From NCBI GenBank assembly GCA_964016885.1, contig OZ024745.1, positions 94,240,001 to 94,304,000 of the forward strand: a DNA stretch of 64,000 nucleotides, written 5' to 3'. Within the stretch, counting starts at the first letter, position 1. Every line of letters begins with the position of its first letter. Of this stretch, positions 30,452 through 43,694 are shown piece after piece. The translations under genes and the position numbers were made by a program. The stretch comes from Eledone cirrhosa. Its lineage: Eukaryota. Under the pieces are notes generated by a model. That model searched no databases and was not told the DNA's origin. It worked only from the letters and a program-made list of their open reading frames with translations.

Positions 30452-33400
30452 TGTTCTTCTGGTTTTATAATTTCACAAAGTTTTACCAATAGAGAGAGAG
30501 AGTCGGTTTCTAACATAGACACAAGACTCTCTCATTGGAATTTACACAACATCAACTAGGTAGATATTTATGTATGCATGCATGTGTAGATATGAATGTT
30601 ATTGTATGTGTGGATGTGTATGTTTTGAGTTGTATGTGTGCATGTGTATATGCTTTGTATCTGTACATGTGTATATGCAGTTATTAGATGAAAATTTTTT
30701 GGAATGTTTTACATATTTTTACTGTGTCATTAATGGATTGTACTTGTAATTTCCTAACTAGTTGTGTTCTTTCTGTTCCTGTGAAGCCTAGCTTCTCAAG
30801 ATTTGTATTGTGGCAGTTACTAACATATCCCAGTGCCCCAATAATCACAGGCATAAATCTGAAGGTGTAGTCAGGATGGAGTATCTGCAGATTTCTTATC
30901 AGTTCTGCATACATATTCTCCTTTTCACTAATCTTTGATATTATATTGGCATCTGCTGGGCAGCTAATTTCCACTACTGTGCATGTTTTCTTCTCCCTGT
31001 CCCATATCATAATATCTGGTCTGTTATGCCTGCATTTTATTGGGGTTTTTACTGGAACATTCCACCAGTACTCTTTCATATTATGTACATGGATGTCTTC
31101 CACATTGTTGTAGCTTTTAATGTGTTTATTATCGGGGCTATCTTTTCTACGGATTGCATTGTACAGTATTTTGGCCACTACATCATGCCTCATAGGTAGA
31201 TAGTACCGCGATGACATCTTTGGGCAGCTGCTGATGACATGGGTGATATCCTCGATGTTAGTTCTGCAGAGTCTGCACTTGTTATCACATCTATGTGTTT
31301 TGCCCGCATCCCTATCTTTGTGAATCAGGTATTTCGTGTTAATTTCCTGTTCTTGAATTGCAAAAGCGTATCCTTCAAAGTGGGAGCCAATATAGCGGTT
31401 GTTGGTCCAAAATAGACTACTTTCCTTATCTATATTACTCTCACTCTGGAGCTTCCTGGCAACATATCCATGCATGATTTTTTGCTGATAAGTATGCAGT
31501 TTTTCATCCATGGATTCACTGCGATACTGCTGAGCGACTTCCCTGAGTGTGAGTTTTTGATTATCACACAGGGAATATCTCTCAAGGAGTTCCTTCCCAA
31601 CTCTCATGATCTTATCTGTTTCATGCAGATAGACTTGCTCGAGAAGCCGGCTCCTACGCTTCGAGGTTCGTAGATGTTGGAGAGATATGATGCGACATTC
31701 AAATGTTGTCTGGACTGATGTTAGGCCTCTGCCTCCCTGCTTACGTTTCAAGTAAAGGCGGTCTATGTCACTGTTGATGTGGAAGTTTCCGGTGTTGTTC
31801 AGTATTTTTCGAGTTCCAACATCATCTGCTCGGATTTCGTCTATCGTCCAATTGAGTATTCCGACGTTGGTGTTAGGACAGGCACAGCAAACACATTGTG
31901 AGCCACTGTTTTGTTTTGCGCAGAGAGTTCCGATGACCAGATCTTTCTTAATCGGGTGTAGTATTCCCTGGTTACGCGTTCTTTATTACAGATGCCATTA
32001 TAGGATATGTTCTCATCTATCCCCAGGTATCTGTAGCAGTCCTCATTAGATATCGGTGAAACAGTTAGACCATTGATGACAATGTTGCTAGATTGGGTTG
32101 GTGTTTTTCCTCGCTTTACAGTCATGTATGAGCATTTATCTTGGCCAAACTCCATTCCTATATCCTTTGAGAACGTTGTAACCATGTCAAGATTTTTCTT
32201 CATCCCATCCATGTTCTTGGCATAGAGTTTCAGGTCGTTCACAAAGAATTTATGGGCTAGGTTCGTATTTCTGTGCTCTTGTGAGCCAATGATGTATCCC
32301 TCACATTTCTTGAGCAGAAAGGACAAGGGGTTTAATGACAAGATGAACAATATCACAGAGAGACTGTCTCCCTGAAATATACCCCTGCAATATTTTATTT
32401 TATCAGTGAAAATAGAGTCCTCCCTCTCTGTCTTTAACCTTAGCATAGTAGCCCAAGAAGAAGACAGCCCCTCTATGGCTCTGACAATAATGTCTGGGAC
32501 TTTAGCAAGTTGGAGGGCCTCTATCATCCAAGAGTGGGGAACAGAATCGAAAGCTTTCTTCTAGTCCAGCCAGACTGTAGTCATATTCCTCCTAAGTTGT
32601 CGCACCTCTGACATCGCAGTTTTGTTGATTAGGAGTTGTTCAGCACATTCCCAAACCCTTTTCTTTCCAGCTGCTTGTTCATCTGTGATGTTATTATTTT
32701 CACAGTGATCTTGGAGGAATAGGTTCAGGCAGGCTGTATACATCTTATACATCAGGTTCTGGCATGCAATGGGTCGGTAGTTTTTTGCCAAGTGGGTGTC
32801 TTTGTTCTTGGGGACCAGTAACGTTTGTGCTAATGTCAACCATTCTGGTATAAGTGTATCTCCCTTAAGAACTTGTTGGTAGAGGTCAGTAAGATACCTC
32901 CGATAGAATATTAGTTTTTTGTACCAGTAGCCGAAATCATGTCTCTTCCTGGTGTTTTCTTATCTTGGAGTTTTCCTATCACAGTCTCAAGGGTACCCTC
33001 ACTTATTTCTCGTATGTTTTTGTTGTAGTGTAGGAGCAATAGTTCTTTCGGATTTCTCTTAGCCACACTGCATCTTGGTTGAAATTCTTCTTTTCACCCC
33101 AAATGTTTCTCCAAAAGGAATCTGTCTTTCTGGGATGGGGCCTCAGTGACACTTATTATTTTGTTCTTCATATCTCTATAGACTGATGTTTGGTTTCGTC
33201 TGAATCTTTTATTAAGCATTTTTCTCTCATCTACCTTCTTCAGGTATCGGCGTTTTTCGCTAACAGCTCTCAATTCTTGTTTGAGGGTGATCAGCTTATA
33301 TTGGAGAGTTCTGGTTCTACTGTTACCAAACATCGTCTCTATTTTATTTTTCACTCTTTGTTGGTGAGGTGTGAGGTTTTTTTGTGTTTGTTTGCATGTA

Positions 33401-34547
33401 AGGAGCATTGTCACATGTCCTATGATTTTTCGTAGGTCAGCACTCTCTTTTTCTATTTTAGTTATTTCTGATGGTATTTTTGGTTGTGTTTTGTTCTTGT
33501 TAATATCTCTGCTATCACTGTCATTGCTAAGGCATATAAACAGGCGTTGATTTGCCAAAATGTCGGCGTTTTTATCCGTCGTAAATATTCATCCCCTATT
33601 TCGTCAATAACACGTAGTATTTCATTATTTGGTTTTTTATTCACCATTGTCATTTTAACACGTTCAGCCAGAGAGATATTTATACATGAGTTAATTTCTC
33701 TCTGGAAGATTTCGTTGAGGGAAATTTTCAATTGTTTATACTTTCGATTATCATTATTGATAGTATTTTCCACAACAGTCGAGGTAGACTCGGATGGTAT
33801 ACGTGGTGTCACATTTATTCGATTATTATTATTATTTCTTCGATTATTATTATTATCGATAGTGTTTTCCCCAGCATTCGAGGTAGACTTAGATGGTACA
33901 GGTGGTGTCAAGTTTCTTACAGGCATAGTTGTTTCAAGGCGCTGTTCGACCTGGCTGCTAGGAAGTCTAGTAGCATGGCGATCTGTAGCACGTGTTGTTG
34001 ATTCCATGTTTGTTGTGGGGGACTTACAATTAATAATATTTATCTTATTTTTACGTTCAACAAACGTCGCTTGTGGGCGTAATTGTTTCGCTGTGAAATA
34101 ATTTAGCTCTGGGTGCATTTCGTCCCAGTGTAGCTTCATTCTATTCATATAGCCAATGGAGGGATTGTTTTTTGCCATTTTATAACAATTAAATAAATCA
34201 TTATTAAGTTCGCAACTCCAAGAGAAATGCGATTTATAATTTCGGTTTCTTCTGTAGCTACAACTGAATAAAGTTTGATTACCTTCTTTGTTATTAGTCT
34301 TCGATATTTCCTTAATTTTCTTGTTGATGTTGTGTTCAGCCATGCTGTTTGTAGCAAATCCTTGTAAAATGAATTATGTATTTAGTCGGCTATCTCTACG
34401 AATTCGAATAAAAGGTGTCTTCAGAAGGGATAATTAGAATTCAACCTGGCTGTAGTTGTGGCATTACTGTCGGAGATAGTATTCATCTTAAATTTAATAA
34501 ATAGCCTCCCACCCCAAAATATGCGACTGATCGCGTTGACTGATGGA
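30452..34547 (-). mobile_element. R4/Dong-like RLE non-LTR retrotransposon, copy B (apparently full length; single ORF 34343-30684 broken by frameshifts and stops)
   Basis: RT motifs (NYRPIAC, KAFDSVPH, RGIFQGDSLS, FFVNDLKL, YRYLGI), then GGRGL, a CCHC knuckle CRLC...HVISSC, RHD, and restriction-like endonuclease RPDIMIWD..VEISCP..K. (TATG)n at both ends. Confidence 0.92.
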
Positions 34548-34624
34548 ATGTATGTATGTATGTATGTATGTATGTATGTATGTATGTATGTATGTATGTA
34601 TGTATGTATGTATGTATGTATGTT

Positions 34625-37470
34625 TCTACATGTCTTTGAAATAGGCCATCCTTAGTATACCTTATGCAGACAAGATTGTCATTCTTGGTGATTTTAATGC
34701 AGGTGCTGGTAATAACTGGGAAGTTTGGAGTGTGATGGGCAATAATGGAGTAGGTAAGTGCAACAATAATGGCCTACTTTTGTTGCAGATGTGCACTGAG
34801 ATGGATCTTGTTGTTGGGAACACGCTCTTTCAGCAGAATGACAAATATAAGACAACTTGGATGCATCCAGGTTCCAAGAAGTGGCACCTTATTGACTTCG
34901 TTTTAACGACTAAACGTGATATCAGGGATATCACATTCGTTCATGTATTGCGAGTCGCGGAATGTTGGACTGATCATCGTCTGTTGCGCGCCAAGTTTCA
35001 ATTTGTTGTGAAGCCCAAAGTAAGGGGGAAGAAGGTTGCACTTCCAAAACAACTAAACATGGCTCGTCTGAAGACAGAGGAAGTCAGAGCTGAGCTGTCG
35101 AATTCCCTTGAGTCCATGGAATGTGAAAACACTTGGGAATCATTGAAGGAAACCATCTATGATGTTAGTGCTGGAGTTTTGGGTAATACCAATAGAAATC
35201 ATAAAGACTGGTTCGATGAAAATGATGCAGTGATCCAGACTTTGCTTGAAGAGAAACAAAAAGTGCTGATATCATTGTTGTGTGAGACACGTTCTGACAG
35301 GAGTGACCGGACCTTCAAGCAGATCAAGGCACGTGTGCAACATCGATTGAAAGCCATGCTGGATACCTGGTGGAGAAAAAAGGCTGATGAAATCCAGAAA
35401 ACCTATGATACAAAGTACTTATACAATCTGCTCAAGGAAGTGTATGGTCCAACCGGTCCACAAATATCACCACTTCGCTCCAGGGACAGCAAGGAATTGC
35501 TCAGAGATCCGAAGGAAATCCTGATCAGGTGGCATGACCCCACTTCGATGAGATCGTCAACAGAGCATCAGAAATCGATGATGAGTTCATTCGGTCGATT
35601 CCATCCAGACTTACAAAGCTGGCAATGGCTGATCCTCCTTCATTTGTTGAGGTGGCGAAGGCCATTGCCAAATTAAACAGCGGCAAGTCACCTGGAATAG
35701 ATGGACAGAGTGCCGAGATCTTCAAGTGTGCTGGTGATAACTTCTTAAGCCGCCTCACTGATCTCTTTCTGAATGTTTGGAATGAAGAAGATTTACCTCA
35801 TGACTGGAAAGATGCATTGATGGTGGTACTTTATAAAGGAAAGGGAACCAAAGATGGCTGTAGAAACTACAGAGGTATTTCACTGCTTTCTGTGGCTGAG
35901 AGGATCTTGTGCAGGATTTTGTTGGACAGATTGATACAGCACATTGCTGTTGAGGTACTTCCTGAGTCCCAATGTGGCTTTAGAAATGGCAGAGGCACTG
36001 TTGACATGATCTTCTCGGCCAAACAACTTCAAGAGAAATGCATTGAGCAGCGCATGGACTTATACCAAGTTTTTCGGAAGGCTTTCTGGGTTATTTTGGA
36101 GAGATTGGGCTGTCCTGGAAAGTTTGTGAACATACTGAAACTTTTCCGGGATAACATGCAGGCATGGGTAAATATTGGAGGTAAACTGTCAGAGCCAATC
36201 TCGGTTGAAAATGGTGTCAAGCAAGGTGATATACCTGCACCAACTTTGTTTGCTTTGTATTTCGCAATGATGTTCTTCATGGCCTTCAAGGATTGTCAAC
36301 ACGGTATCTATCTCAGATACCGCACTTCCGGCAAGCTGTTTAACCGCAGGCTTCTCACTGCCAACACTAAGGTACTGAGTACCTTAATCAGCGAATTTCT
36401 GTATACAGATGATTGTGATCTCTTTGCCCATTCCCGGAGTGACATGCAACACCTTATGAATTCTTTTTCCAATGAGTGCAGTGCTTTGGGACTGACAATC
36501 AGTCTGAAGAAGACTGTTATCATGTACCAACCTGTTCCGGATAACGTTTTCAATGAACCCTCCATATACGTCTACGGTCAAAAGATGAAGGCTGCTGACA
36601 CATTTGTGTATTTGGAGAGTACTCTGAGTGTGATCTGCTCTCTGGATGCAGAAGTTGGTCTACGTATTAGTAAGGCAAGTGAGTCATTTGGAAGGCTCAG
36701 CGGCCGTCTTTGGTGCAGGCGAGGAATCACAATGAGGACCAAGGTGAGAGTGTATGCATGCATGTGTTCTGTGAGCTTTGCTGTATGCGTGTGAGACATG
36801 GGTTGCCTACAAATGGCATGTCCATAGACTGGAATGGTTTCACCAGCAGTGTCTCAGAAAGATGCTCGGTATCAAGTGGCAAATGCATGTGAGTAATGTT
36901 GAGGTCCTTGAGAGAAGTGAGTGTCGGAGCATCCACCAACGGTGTTTGCGATGGACCTGACACCTCTGCAGATATGGAGGATGATCGAATCCCAAAACAA
37001 CTCACTCTTGTATGGCGATCTTTGTGGTTTGATGATGGCTGCCTTGGAGATAGAAGCTCTTGAAAGAGAAACTTGGCGTGGAATGGTGAATAATGGGGTC
37101 CATAATTTTGAGGACAGACGCATAGAGCACGAGCAGATCAAACGGGATGTGCGTAAGCAATGCTCTTGTGTATCTCTCGAATCGATCGGTGTCTCCATTG
37201 AATTGAAGTGCCCTGAGTGTGGAAAAATTTGCTTGAGTAAATCTGGTCTCAGGAGCCATGTTCAAAGAGAACTAGTGAACTATGATCTTCACGGTATTGT
37301 GAGGGTTCACAGGCAACCTGATGCAAGACCTCAGGCCAGGGAGATCCATAGTTGTCGTCAGTGTGAGAGGGAGTGCAAGTCTCTAGCGGGCTCGAAAAGC
37401 CATATCCGAGCGTCACACATCTGAATCTGACAAGCAATTGTAATACTTTTAGCAGAGTTTGCAACCATCA
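34625..37470 (+). mobile_element. RTE-clade LINE, 5'-truncated (APE + RT + C-terminal C2H2-like fingers), frameshifted
   Basis: ILGDFNA, TTWMHP..WHLIDFV, TDHR, KSPGIDG, NYRGISLLS, ESQCGFR, GVKQGD..PTLF, LYTDD, CPECGK...RSH and CRQC...SHIRASH. Confidence 0.92.
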
Positions 37471-37486
37471 TATATGTTTGTATGTT

Positions 37487-38002
37487 TGTTCTTCTAGTTT
37501 TATAATTGCACACATTTTTACCAATAGAGAGAGAGAGTCGGTTTCTAACATAGACACAAGACTCTCTCATTGTAATTTACACAACATCAACTAGGTAGAT
37601 ATGTATGTATGTCTGCATGTGTAGATATGGATGTTATTGTATGTGTGGATCTGTATGTTTTGAAAATATTCTCCTTTTCACTAATCTTTGATATTATATT
37701 GGCATCTGCTGGGCAGCTAACGTCCACTACTGTGCATGCCTTCTTTTCCCTGTCCCTTATCATAATATCTGGTCTGTTATGCCTGCATTTTATTGGGGTT
37801 TTTACTGGAACATTCCACCAGTACTCTTTCATATTATGTATATGTATGTCTTCCACATTGCTGTAGCTTTTAATGTGTTTATTATCGGGGCAATCTTTTC
37901 TACGGATAGCATTGTACAGTGTTTTGGCCACTACATCATGCCTCATAGGTAGATAGTACCGCGATGACATCTTTGGACAGCTGCTTATGACATGGGTGAC
38001 AT
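37487..38002 (-). mobile_element. R4/Dong-like element copy C (3' fragment)
   Basis: Same 3' UTR and RHD/RPD segment as copies A and B, with an internal deletion. Truncated next to an (ACT)n tract. Confidence 0.85.
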
Positions 38003-38101
38003 CACAGATTCGGTCAATAACCAGAATTACAACTACTACTACTACTACTACTACTAGAACCAAAATCACCATCACCACCACCACAACCGCCGCCGCCGCT
38101 G

Positions 38102-38155
<54 letters not shown>

Positions 38156-39412
38156 AGGTGGTCACCCGATGACAGCTAATCTAAGAACAAAGAACTACAT
38201 TTGTAATCAACCCAATTTTATATCCAAGTTCAACATATGAAACGGTGTGGTTTACTCCGAATTAATATAAAAAAAAAACAAGCCAAGAAAAGGTGACTAT
38301 AGTTACAGTTAGTATTGATTAAACTTGAGGGGAACATTTAGGATAAACGAAGTGAGAACGAATACATACGATGTATTTTTAGACAGCTAACAAGTTAGAA
38401 TTGATTTTAATTGAAGATACAATATCAAGAGTCAATTATGAAAATTTGAAAATGGACCAACAATATTTCGTATAGCCGGAAATGATTTTCCTTTTACACA
38501 AATATCCTGTTAACTGATAAAAGAATTATATAGACTAGCAGAAAAATCATCCTCAGGTGGTTTTCTGCTATCATGTGTAGTGTGCATATTGATATTATAC
38601 GTAAATATACATGCATGTAGATATGATACGTCAAATAAAATCGTAATTAAGAATATGCACAGAAAAATGCACAGAAATTGAAGGTAGACTGTGTTACACT
38701 CTCTTCAGTAATCAGTAAAGTAATCCAAGATACATTTAAAAAAGACGATATTATATATAAACTACATTACGGCGAAATGTTATATAACGATGAAAATATA
38801 TGAACGTTTATATAAGCGATGGCTTAGCGTACGGACGTTAACCGGAAGTATTGGCATTTGAAAACTTTTAAAGAAATTAATCTTAAAATAAGCAATACAT
38901 AAGAATATTTATGTTTAATCAAGAGCTACGAAATTTAGTAGATAAATTACATAATATTCATTCATGATTTATTCAAAGTAATCCAAATTATTTTGATAAG
39001 GTGTTCAGAAAAAATATCCCTGACAGTGTCTCGCCGTCCTCCAATCATTATATATTAGATACCGGCGTGGGGAGAGGGTGGGTAGGAAGAGGTGGTAGAG
39101 ATAAAGACGAATATCATCATCATCATCCTCATCGTTTAACGTCCATCTTCCACACTAACATTAGTTGGACGGTTTTATCCCACTTGAGGCGAGATTGGTC
39201 AGGAGACCGTGTCTCTCTCATACAGAACTGTTTATGGCTGGTTTTCTACGGCTGGATGCCCTTTCTAACACCAACCACATTTACAGTGTGGACTGGGTGA
39301 TTTTTGTCGTGTCACCTACACGGCCACTTTACAATGGACGGAAATGTGTGTGTTATACCATTGTTCTTACACTTTTAGGCTGTAAATAACCAAAAATACA
39401 ATATTCACTTAC

Positions 39413-39956
39413 TTAGAGGCTACGGCAGTATCATACTTTCTTCTCTGGCGTTTTACCTTCATATACTCAATCATATCGTCCAAATCTTGAATTTCCAGTT
39501 TCAACTGTTGTTTTACTCTAAGACTTTGACGTGAAACTTCAATAAGGCGCTTCTCAGTTTTGATGCAGTCTTGCAGGCATTGTTTACGTTCTAAATGAAA
39601 GGATTTGGCGTCTTCTATGGACTTCATCAAATAAGTAAACGTACATGTACTTATAATTTCTCTCCTTGTATTTCCAATAATTTTATTTAAATACATGCGA
39701 TCTTTTTCAACTTTTACCAAATAGTCCGGGAAAAGTAACTGCTCTTGAATAAGACGAGCAGATATTAACTGAAAAAGATAATCAAAAGATCTGTCTTTGG
39801 TACGGTTTTGTAATCGTCGGCGCGCTCCTTGTACTGTTGTGCATTCTTTTAGAATATTTTGCATTCGTTGTATTTGTCCCTTTTCTTCTTCTGTCTCTTT
39901 ATCAAGATTCTTCAGTTTGGTTTCAATGTCTTCTTTTTCAAGGGCTTCAGCCAAAC
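39413..39956 (-). CDS. IQCG: IQCG/DRC9 middle coding exon
   Basis: Acceptor TTTTGTTTTTAAG| and donor |GTAAGT at 39412. Open coiled-coil frame (LVKVEKDR..., TFTYL..SIE). Phases 1 and 2 are compatible with the flanking exons. Confidence 0.82.
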
Positions 39957-41200
39957 CTTAAAAACAAAAGTCATTTATATTGGATTTTATTACTAATAGA
40001 ATATAATTTCTGCAAATATTTATATGTTGAATAATTAACAAGAAAATATGTGTTTCGTAAATATAATAAGCAATCCTACTGAGGTGCTCCATCGTTGGTT
40101 CGAAGTAAACTTGGTTGTTGTTCTTTCGTTCAAAGTCAGTCGTAATTAAACAAAATTTCTCCAAATATCGGTCGCTCTCCGACTGGATTGCGGTCGAGCC
40201 CATTGCAGTGGAAACTTGACTCTAGGGCCACGTCCCTACTCACCACCATCAGTACAGAGTTGGCTACCCACAGGTATGAGCCTCGCGAGCTGGAATGTCG
40301 CTTTCAGCACGTCTACCTCACTACCCTCTGGAGAAACGCCTTATCTATTCTGTTAGCTGGGACCGCGAGGCGGCCAGCGCGTGGGCCCCCATTCACTCAT
40401 AATAGTGAGAAATGGGGAGAGTAGCCGTGACAGTGGAAGTTTGGTTCATTTTTGCTCGAATCTGGTGTATATGTAAATATTTATTTACCGCACTACGTGT
40501 TACATACACACACACATAAACCAACATTTCTAAAACTAATTAAACGGAATTGTGATAAAAGACATGCCAGCCTGACCATCCTGTGATGTTTTATATCAGG
40601 AACTACATTGCCCAATATATCTTTTCTTTAAGAGTGTGATTTGAGGGAGAATAGGTTGCTATTGCTAGAAAGTCGATTAACTATGTAGAAGCTACCTTGT
40701 TGAACACCAGGGTCAGGGTCACATATACACTGATGGTATTTTATATTGTCAGGCAAAGTTACTGCTAGCAGAGCAGGAGTTATTTTGAGAGGAAGTATTG
40801 GTAGTGTACAAATATACTTATATAAGCTGAATTATAATTAGGATATTACATAGAGACATTCACTCTGAGACGCACAAAGAACCACCCCAGTTGTTTGATG
40901 AACGGAACAGTCTGCTCATTAAAATTTACATATAATGACTACATCATTTAAATATTATTTCAGAAAAACATCAAGGATCGGCAAGAAGTAGCTCTCAATA
41001 AATTCAATCAACATTTGGATAACTTACTCTCACTCTCTTTCTCTGAATAACAAAGAGAGAGAGGGAGAGAGAGAGAGAGGGGGAGAGAAAAAGAGGCACA
41101 TATCACAAAGTCATTCTTATTTGAGATTTGATTTCACGGGATGGTAAAGAAAAAGCAAGCTACAAATATCAATACAAAGTTGAAATATCAGATTTCAAAC

Positions 41201-41354
41201 CTTCCTGAGAATATGGAATAACACCCAAAACAGCCAATTTATTCAGGGCATCTTCAAGAACAGTGCATATATGTTGGAAAGTTATATGTGCTCCAAACCG
41301 AAGTTGCTTGTTAGGAAGTGTAGGTTGTGTTAAACTATGATCGCTTGTATCCAT
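41201..41354 (-). CDS. IQCG: IQCG/DRC9 first coding exon
   Basis: ATG at 41354. TVLEDALNKLAVLGVIP resembles the IQCG N-terminal motif. Donor GAAG|GTTTGA gives a total CDS of 154+544+487 = 1185 nt (394 aa plus stop). Confidence 0.72.
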
Positions 41355-41825
41355 GATCTCTTCATTTGAATTAGACGTTACTTAAAACATATCATTTGTA
41401 TAACCAGCGTTATCTGAACGTGCAACATGGCAGGCGGCGTTCTATATTTGTTCACGGGGCTGCTACTGATATTGAGTTAGGCTGGTAGAGATTTCCATAT
41501 TTTATATTCTTTTTTTAACTTTTTTGAAGGAAACGAAACAAAGAAAGTGTGGTTAGGAACCAGCTAGACCATAACGCACCAGAGTACTCGATACTTAGGG
41601 AAGTAGAGTGGGTAATAGGAAGTGAGTTAGGACCCTGACGCCTGAGCTTCGGCCATTTGGAGATCTGAAGAGTTCGGAGCTCAACCGTGGGGTCCAAACT
41701 CATTTCCTATATATATATATATATATAGGAAAAGAGTCAGTGCCTCGACGGCTGAGCTCTGGTCGTTATCGGTACAGTATATGGAAGGAATATATGAGGT
41801 TAACGCTTGAAATAGCAGGAAGAGG

Positions 41826-41863
41826 GACTTAACATTTCGGACGCTAGTCCTTCATCAGAAGAA
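41826..41863 (-). ncRNA. Minimal PLE-type hammerhead motif
   Basis: Minus strand: CTT-CTGATGA-A-GGAC-TAGC-GTCC-GAAA-TGTT-AAG. Stem II is perfect, while stems I and III are minimal. Confidence 0.55.
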
Positions 41864-42129
41864 AGAATGAGAAATTAGAAAGATTGAAGGGACGGGCGGG
41901 GTGGAATTGGAAAAAATGTTTTCAGAAAAAAATAACAGGTCCATTCTTGTTGCCATCTCTTAATAGTGAGTCTTGTTGCTCTAGAGTTTCGCCTGTTCAT
42001 CACAGGGTCATCATGCGAGAAACAGGTGAAACTCCAGAAACAAAAGTCACTATTCAGCCTTAATAAAATGAATATTAAAACTCTACTTCGGTATTGAGTA
42101 CGCCGTCAAACGACATCGGGATATATATA

Positions 42130-42275
42130 TATATTTATTAAAATAACAGATTAAAGTTTAAGCAAAGATCGCATCTTTCACCATTAACGGGATCTTCTGA
42201 AACAAAAGAAGATCCCGTTAAGGATGAAAGCAGCGATTCTTTGCTTAAACTTTAATCTGTTATTTTAATAAATAT
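42130..42275. repeat. Fold-back inverted repeat of a dispersed family (also at about 6960-7030, 27820-27990, 28515-28850)
   Basis: ATATTTATTAAAATAACAGATTAAAG...GGGATCTTC and its reverse complement, separated by a short spacer. Confidence 0.8.
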
Positions 42276-42473
42276 TTGCTCTACGTTCTTATATATTTGA
42301 TATATATTTATCCTTATCGAGCCCTCTTTGGATTTTAGTCTTCAAATTTATTATTATTACTATATATTTATTATTATTATTACTGTTGGAGACGCAGGAC
42401 ATGGCAGCGATAATGAGGGACAGAGACCGCTGGAGAGAACTCGTCCATGGATCTCGGGAATTTTACCCGCCTT

Positions 42474-42535
<62 letters not shown>

Positions 42536-42539
<4 letters not shown>

Positions 42540-42705
42540 CCTGCCAACCTGTAAAAACCTACATGGGAAGTACCAAAACGGGGAGAAATGAGAGAAAATT
42601 GGGTGATTTTACATAATGAAAGTTATACCCACTTTCACAAGAGAAGACATCTCTTACCAACCCCAAAGTTGATGGGAGATCTCCCCTTCGAACGGGGAGA
42701 GTTGG

Positions 42706-42706
<1 letters not shown>
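42536..42706. mobile_element. Possible hAT-type MITE (related inverted fragment at about 3241-3350)
   Basis: Starts CAGACCTGCCAAC and ends GAGTTGGC within (TA)n. Shares a GGGAGATCTCCC core with the 3241 copy. Confidence 0.45.
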
Positions 42707-42754
<48 letters not shown>

Positions 42755-43097
42755 ATGAAACGAAATTTCACTCTTAGTACGGCTGGTACTTAAATGTAAG
42801 TATGTATGTATATGTACATACATATATGTATACAGACATACAGTAGTATGTATATATATACATACATGCACACATATATATATATGTACGTATGGGTTTA
42901 CCGATCATTTATTATAATTGTTTCTACTTTTGGCACAAGGCCATCAATTGCCCAGTACATTACTGGTACTTTATTTTATCGACCCCGTAAGGATGAAAGG
43001 CAAAGTTAACCTCGGCATAATGCTCGGTTTGTTTGTAAACAACAAACAGCCTGAATTACGCCATGGTCACCTTTTTGTTCAACACTGACACAGGAAT

Positions 43098-43136
43098 GAT
43101 GTACTAGTTTCAAGCTTATTAGCTATCGTCCGCATC
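43098..43136 (-). ncRNA. Degenerate minimal hammerhead motif
   Basis: Minus strand: GATG-CGGACGA-TAGCTAATAAGCTT-GAAA-CTAG-TA-CATC. One core substitution (CGGA for CTGA). Confidence 0.4.
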
Positions 43137-43488
43137 GTATACCTTTCTGTCAGATGGTTGAACGTCTGAAAGTATATACTTTCCTTATGCATATTAACGG
43201 CTGATCAGCCTAATTTGCATATCGAGTGAGTTAGTTGGCCGGGTGCACCGAAAACGATAAATGGAAAAGAATGTATATATATATATATATATATAAGAAA
43301 TGTCAACATGAATGGATCTGTTATTTTTATCTAAAGATATTTTTTCCAATTCCACCCCGCCCGTCCCCTCAATCTATTTTATTTCTCAATCTTTCTTCTG
43401 ACGTTATGACCCTCTTCGTGCTATATCAAGCGTTAACCAAATATATTCCTTCCATATACTGTACCGATTGTGTTGTTATTTCTGTTTA

Positions 43489-43597
<109 letters not shown>

Positions 43598-43623
43598 CAA
43601 ACACTCGCGCACACACACACACA

Positions 43624-43694
<71 letters not shown>

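Noticed and set aside
34344-34547. HDV-like ribozyme in the Dong 5' UTR
   Set aside because: Some helices and a GACTAA are present, but I could not assemble P3/L3 or the nested pseudoknot.
39958-40203. 81-aa minus-strand ORF just upstream of IQCG exon 2
   Set aside because: Ends in a stop overlapping the acceptor, shows no IQCG-like content, and is not needed for the reading frame.
40350-40385. HDV-like motif (minus strand GCCGCCTCGCGGTCCCAGC)
   Set aside because: Better explained as a simple hairpin; the strand order does not fit P1-P4.
41169-41200. Alternative exon-1 donor (TT|GTATTG at 41175)
   Set aside because: Gives phase 2, incompatible with the phase-1 acceptor at 39956 unless an unseen exon exists.
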